Shown in pieces: positions 61,798 to 64,000 of a DNA stretch of 64,000 nt. The number at the start of each line of letters is the position of its first letter. Within the stretch, counting starts at the first letter, position 1. The notes under the pieces were generated by a model. It ran no database searches. It was not told the DNA's origin and saw only the letters and a program-made list of their open reading frames with translations. Both the position numbers and the translations under genes were made by a program. This DNA is from an archaeon (GTDB taxonomy: Archaea; Thermoproteota; Nitrososphaeria; Nitrososphaerales; Gagatemarchaeaceae): contig JAJYWC010000005.1 in NCBI GenBank assembly GCA_021791695.1, positions 696-64,695 of the forward strand, written 5' to 3'.

Positions 61798-62838
61798 ATG
61801 CTCGCAGCAAGAATCGTGAAGCCCGGAGTAGGTTTTGAGATTGACGACGTCGAGGTCCCGAAGGTTGGGGCGCAGGATGTCCTGGTCGAGATAAAGGCCG
61901 CAGGCGTCTGTGGCACAGACCTTCACTACAGCAGGGGAGAGTACCTCCCGCCTCTTCCCAGGACGTTCGGTCACGAGGGCGCGGGCGTCGTGAAGGAAGT
62001 AGGCAGCGGCGTCACTGGCGTCAAGGTCGGGGACCGCGTCGCGATACACTACGTCATATCGTGCGGGGTCTGCAAGCACTGCATGATGGGCAACGACAAC
62101 AGGTGCAGGCAGAGGGTCTCTATAGGCCACGATGTCGACGGCTTCTTCGCCGAGTACGTCAGGGTCCCAGCGAGAAACGTCCTGAAGATAGCCGACAACG
62201 TGCCGTTCGAGTGGGCAGCCCTGACGGGCTGTGCCGTATCCACCGCCTATCACGCCGTCACGATATCGGGTCTCAGGCGCGGGGACACCGCGATCGTCTT
62301 CGGTGCCGGCGGCGTGGGGCTCCACGCGGCGATGTGGGCGAGGTACTTCGGGGCGGGCAAGGTCATCTCCGTCGACCTCGTGGACTCCAAGCTCGAGGCC
62401 GCCAGGAAGTACGGCGCAGACGTCACGATAAACCCCTCGAGGCAGGACGTGCTCGAGATAGTCAAGAACGAGACCGACGGATGGGGAGTCGACGCGGCCA
62501 TCGAGTGCTCTGGCTCCCATGCTGCGATGGAGCAGGCCATCAAGGCGGCGAAGGGGAAGAACGCCTACGAGACGGGTTCGATAGTCAGCGTGGGCCTGCA
62601 GCTCAAGCCGTTCGAGGCCAACTTCATGGGGCTCCGTGAGGGGCGTCTGATGGTCTCCGGAGACCACAACCGGAAGGAGCTCGCCGAGATACTCGACCTC
62701 GAGGCATCAGGGCGTGTCGAACTGTCCCAGTCCGTCACCAAGCACATCTCGCTGGGCGGGATCAACGACGCGGTCAACATGCTCGCGACCCACCAGCCGG
62801 GCGTCGAGAGGACCGTCATCGACAGGATGTCCCGCTGA
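61798..62838 (+). CDS. Zn-dependent MDR dehydrogenase
   Basis: AAGVCGTDLHY, FGHEGAGVV, CGVCKHCMMG and VFGAGGVGL. Lies 22 nt downstream of the M20 gene. Confidence 0.8.
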   Translation: MLAARIVKPGVGFEIDDVEVPKVGAQDVLVEIKAAGVCGTDLHYSRGEYLPPLPRTFGHEGAGVVKEVGSGVTGVKVGDRVAIHYVISCGVCKHCMMGNDNRCRQRVSIGHDVDGFFAEYVRVPARNVLKIADNVPFEWAALTGCAVSTAYHAVTISGLRRGDTAIVFGAGGVGLHAAMWARYFGAGKVISVDLVDSKLEAARKYGADVTINPSRQDVLEIVKNETDGWGVDAAIECSGSHAAMEQAIKAAKGKNAYETGSIVSVGLQLKPFEANFMGLREGRLMVSGDHNRKELAEILDLEASGRVELSQSVTKHISLGGINDAVNMLATHQPGVERTVIDRMSR

Positions 62839-62843
62839 GCCGG

Positions 62844-63845
62844 CTACCTCTTCGTCTTGAAGTAGGGGATTATCTCCTTCCGGAAGACCTCGATGGTCTT
62901 CCGCGGGTCCGGGCTCATGTCAGCGAACACGAAGGCGTCGGTCCCGATCTTCCTGTACCTGTCGATTACCTCTATCATCTCCGCCCCCTTCTCGCAGAGA
63001 TAGTAGTGCTCGTAGATCCAGTCGTCCGGGACGTCCTTCCCGGAGTTCTCTATCGCGCGCGGGTCAGCCTTGGAGAAGTTCTCTATCTTCGCCGCGCCGA
63101 TGTTCCATCTCCTGATGTTGCGGACGGCGCCCTTCAGGTCGACGAGCCCGCCGCCTATCACAGCGACCTTCTCCATCTTCGACCTGTCCTTGTGCGCCTT
63201 CTCGGCTCCCCTCTCGAAGGCCGGGAAGGTCACGTCCCTGCACGCCTCGACCTGGTTCAGAGTGTAGAGGTGGTCTCCGTGGCGCCCGGCTATCTCTGCA
63301 GCCTTCTCCCCTATCGCCGAGAAGTAGACCTGGACCCTAGTCTTCGGCTTGACGTAGAGGAAGGCGTCCTTCATCGGGAAGTACCTGCCCTCGAAGTCGA
63401 AGTACCTCTTCGAGGTCCAGAGCCGCCTCATCAGCTCCAGCCCCTCGACGAGCCTGTCGATCCTCTCGCGCCAGGGGGGCCACCTCCCCATGAAGGGTAT
63501 CTCGTTGACGGCTTCTCCGGAGCCGACGCCGACCCTGAACCTCCCCGGCCACGTGGCGTCCAGCGTCCCCACGGCCTGCGCCACGATCGCAGGGTGGTAT
63601 CTGCCGCCGATTGGCGTGGTCACGCTCGAACAGACCGGGATCCTCCTGGTCCGCTCTGCGGCGGCGGCCATCGCGGTCCAGACGTAGAAAGCGTACTTGA
63701 ACGAATGCTGCCACGGAAGGAAGTGGTCCCCGAACCACGCTCCTTCGAACCCCGCCTTCTCGGCGAGCACTACGTTCTTCATGGTGTAGTCCGGGTCCAT
63801 CCACGAAGAGACCTCGGCCTCGACCCGTATCCTCTGGTTTCTCAA
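62844..63845 (-). CDS. LLM-class oxidoreductase, FGD-like family, paralogue of 40594..41616
   Basis: WFGDHFLPWQH, VTTPIGGRYHPAIVAQAVGTLDATWPGRFRVGVGSGEAVNE, WPPWRERIDRL and LWTS. Confidence 0.75.
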   Translation of the reverse strand: MRNQRIRVEAEVSSWMDPDYTMKNVVLAEKAGFEGAWFGDHFLPWQHSFKYAFYVWTAMAAAAERTRRIPVCSSVTTPIGGRYHPAIVAQAVGTLDATWPGRFRVGVGSGEAVNEIPFMGRWPPWRERIDRLVEGLELMRRLWTSKRYFDFEGRYFPMKDAFLYVKPKTRVQVYFSAIGEKAAEIAGRHGDHLYTLNQVEACRDVTFPAFERGAEKAHKDRSKMEKVAVIGGGLVDLKGAVRNIRRWNIGAAKIENFSKADPRAIENSGKDVPDDWIYEHYYLCEKGAEMIEVIDRYRKIGTDAFVFADMSPDPRKTIEVFRKEIIPYFKTKR

Positions 63846-63901
63846 CTAGGTCCTCGGGAGCCTTTCGGTCCCTTCAGGTCATTTAAGGGACGCGGTCCGG
63901 G

Positions 63902-64000
63902 TCAGCCGACGAGCAGGATGTAGAGCCCGACCGCCGCGATGACAGCGCCCACCAGCGCGTCGTTGTACTTCGGGGGTATCCTCTCGAACATCCTGGCGAG
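63902..64000 (-). CDS. C-terminal 32 codons of a membrane protein (the gene begins beyond the window end)
   Basis: The reverse strand reads ...LARMFERIPPKYNDALVGAVIAAVGLYILLVG then TGA (63904-63902): a hydrophobic terminal helix. The family cannot be determined. Confidence 0.4.
   Translation of the reverse strand, partial: LARMFERIPPKYNDALVGAVIAAVGLYILLVG

Noticed and set aside
1-64000. Search for CRISPR arrays, IS elements, integrases, toxin-antitoxin pairs or known defence genes
   Set aside because: I saw no regularly spaced direct repeats and no transposase, integrase, nuclease or ATPase defence signatures. The only notable repeats are the 144-bp permease tract, the 18-bp stalk repeats and the 33-nt MDR patch.

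Overview
The window is an archaeal chromosomal segment. Evidence: a group II chaperonin homologue, a bifunctional PGI/PMI, an archaeal-type glucose dehydrogenase, TATA-like boxes about 25-30 nt upstream of many start codons (often TTG or GTG), and Ser/Thr-rich stalks on membrane-anchored binding proteins and glycosidases. I found no rRNA, convincing tRNA, CRISPR array, transposase, integrase or recognisable transcription factor. Layout: (i) 1-9.9 kb is a glycogen / Entner-Doudoroff block: GH15 glucoamylase (partial), DapA-family aldolase, glucose dehydrogenase, sugar-1-P nucleotidyltransferase, glycogen synthase, GH13 branching enzyme and PGI/PMI. (ii) 10.2-16.9 kb holds a GltD-like oxidoreductase with an unknown partner, a 0.5-kb ORF-free spacer, two disrupted secreted glycosidases (GH12 and a GH5-like enzyme) and a phosphotriesterase-like hydrolase. 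(iii) 17-31.8 kb holds an APC permease and then a very dense run of redox and PLP enzymes: an F420-type LLM, a SelA-like PLP enzyme, a DegT aminotransferase, an IolD-like ThDP enzyme, four Gfo/Idh/MocA and three Zn-MDR dehydrogenases. (iv) 31.8-44.8 kb holds a DMT transporter, an orphan family-5 binding protein, an enolase-superfamily dehydratase, a DSD1-type PLP enzyme, an AKR, two xylose-isomerase-like TIM proteins, an MDR, an FGD-like LLM, an ALDH and a hydantoin-racemase-like protein. (v) 44.9-56.9 kb holds a LamG/dimethylformamidase-like protein, a GH20b-like protein and a CUT1-type ABC transporter with three permease genes and a displaced ATPase. (vi) 57-64 kb holds another Gfo/Idh/MocA, a Cys-rich cation transporter, a divergent thermosome paralogue, an M20 peptidase, an MDR and a second FGD-like LLM. 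The best candidates for something new are: the 18.6-31.8 kb IolD/IolG-like + DegT + SelA-like + MDR supercluster, a possible (amino)cyclitol or amino-sugar oxidative pathway that I do not know from archaea; a complete GH12 gene broken only by two in-frame TGA codons; an unassigned ~100-aa domain present both fused and free-standing in the glycogen cluster; a 144-bp perfectly identical tract inside two otherwise diverged tandem permease paralogues; and a thermosome paralogue with altered nucleotide-site motifs. All functional calls rest on remembered family motifs, not on database searches.
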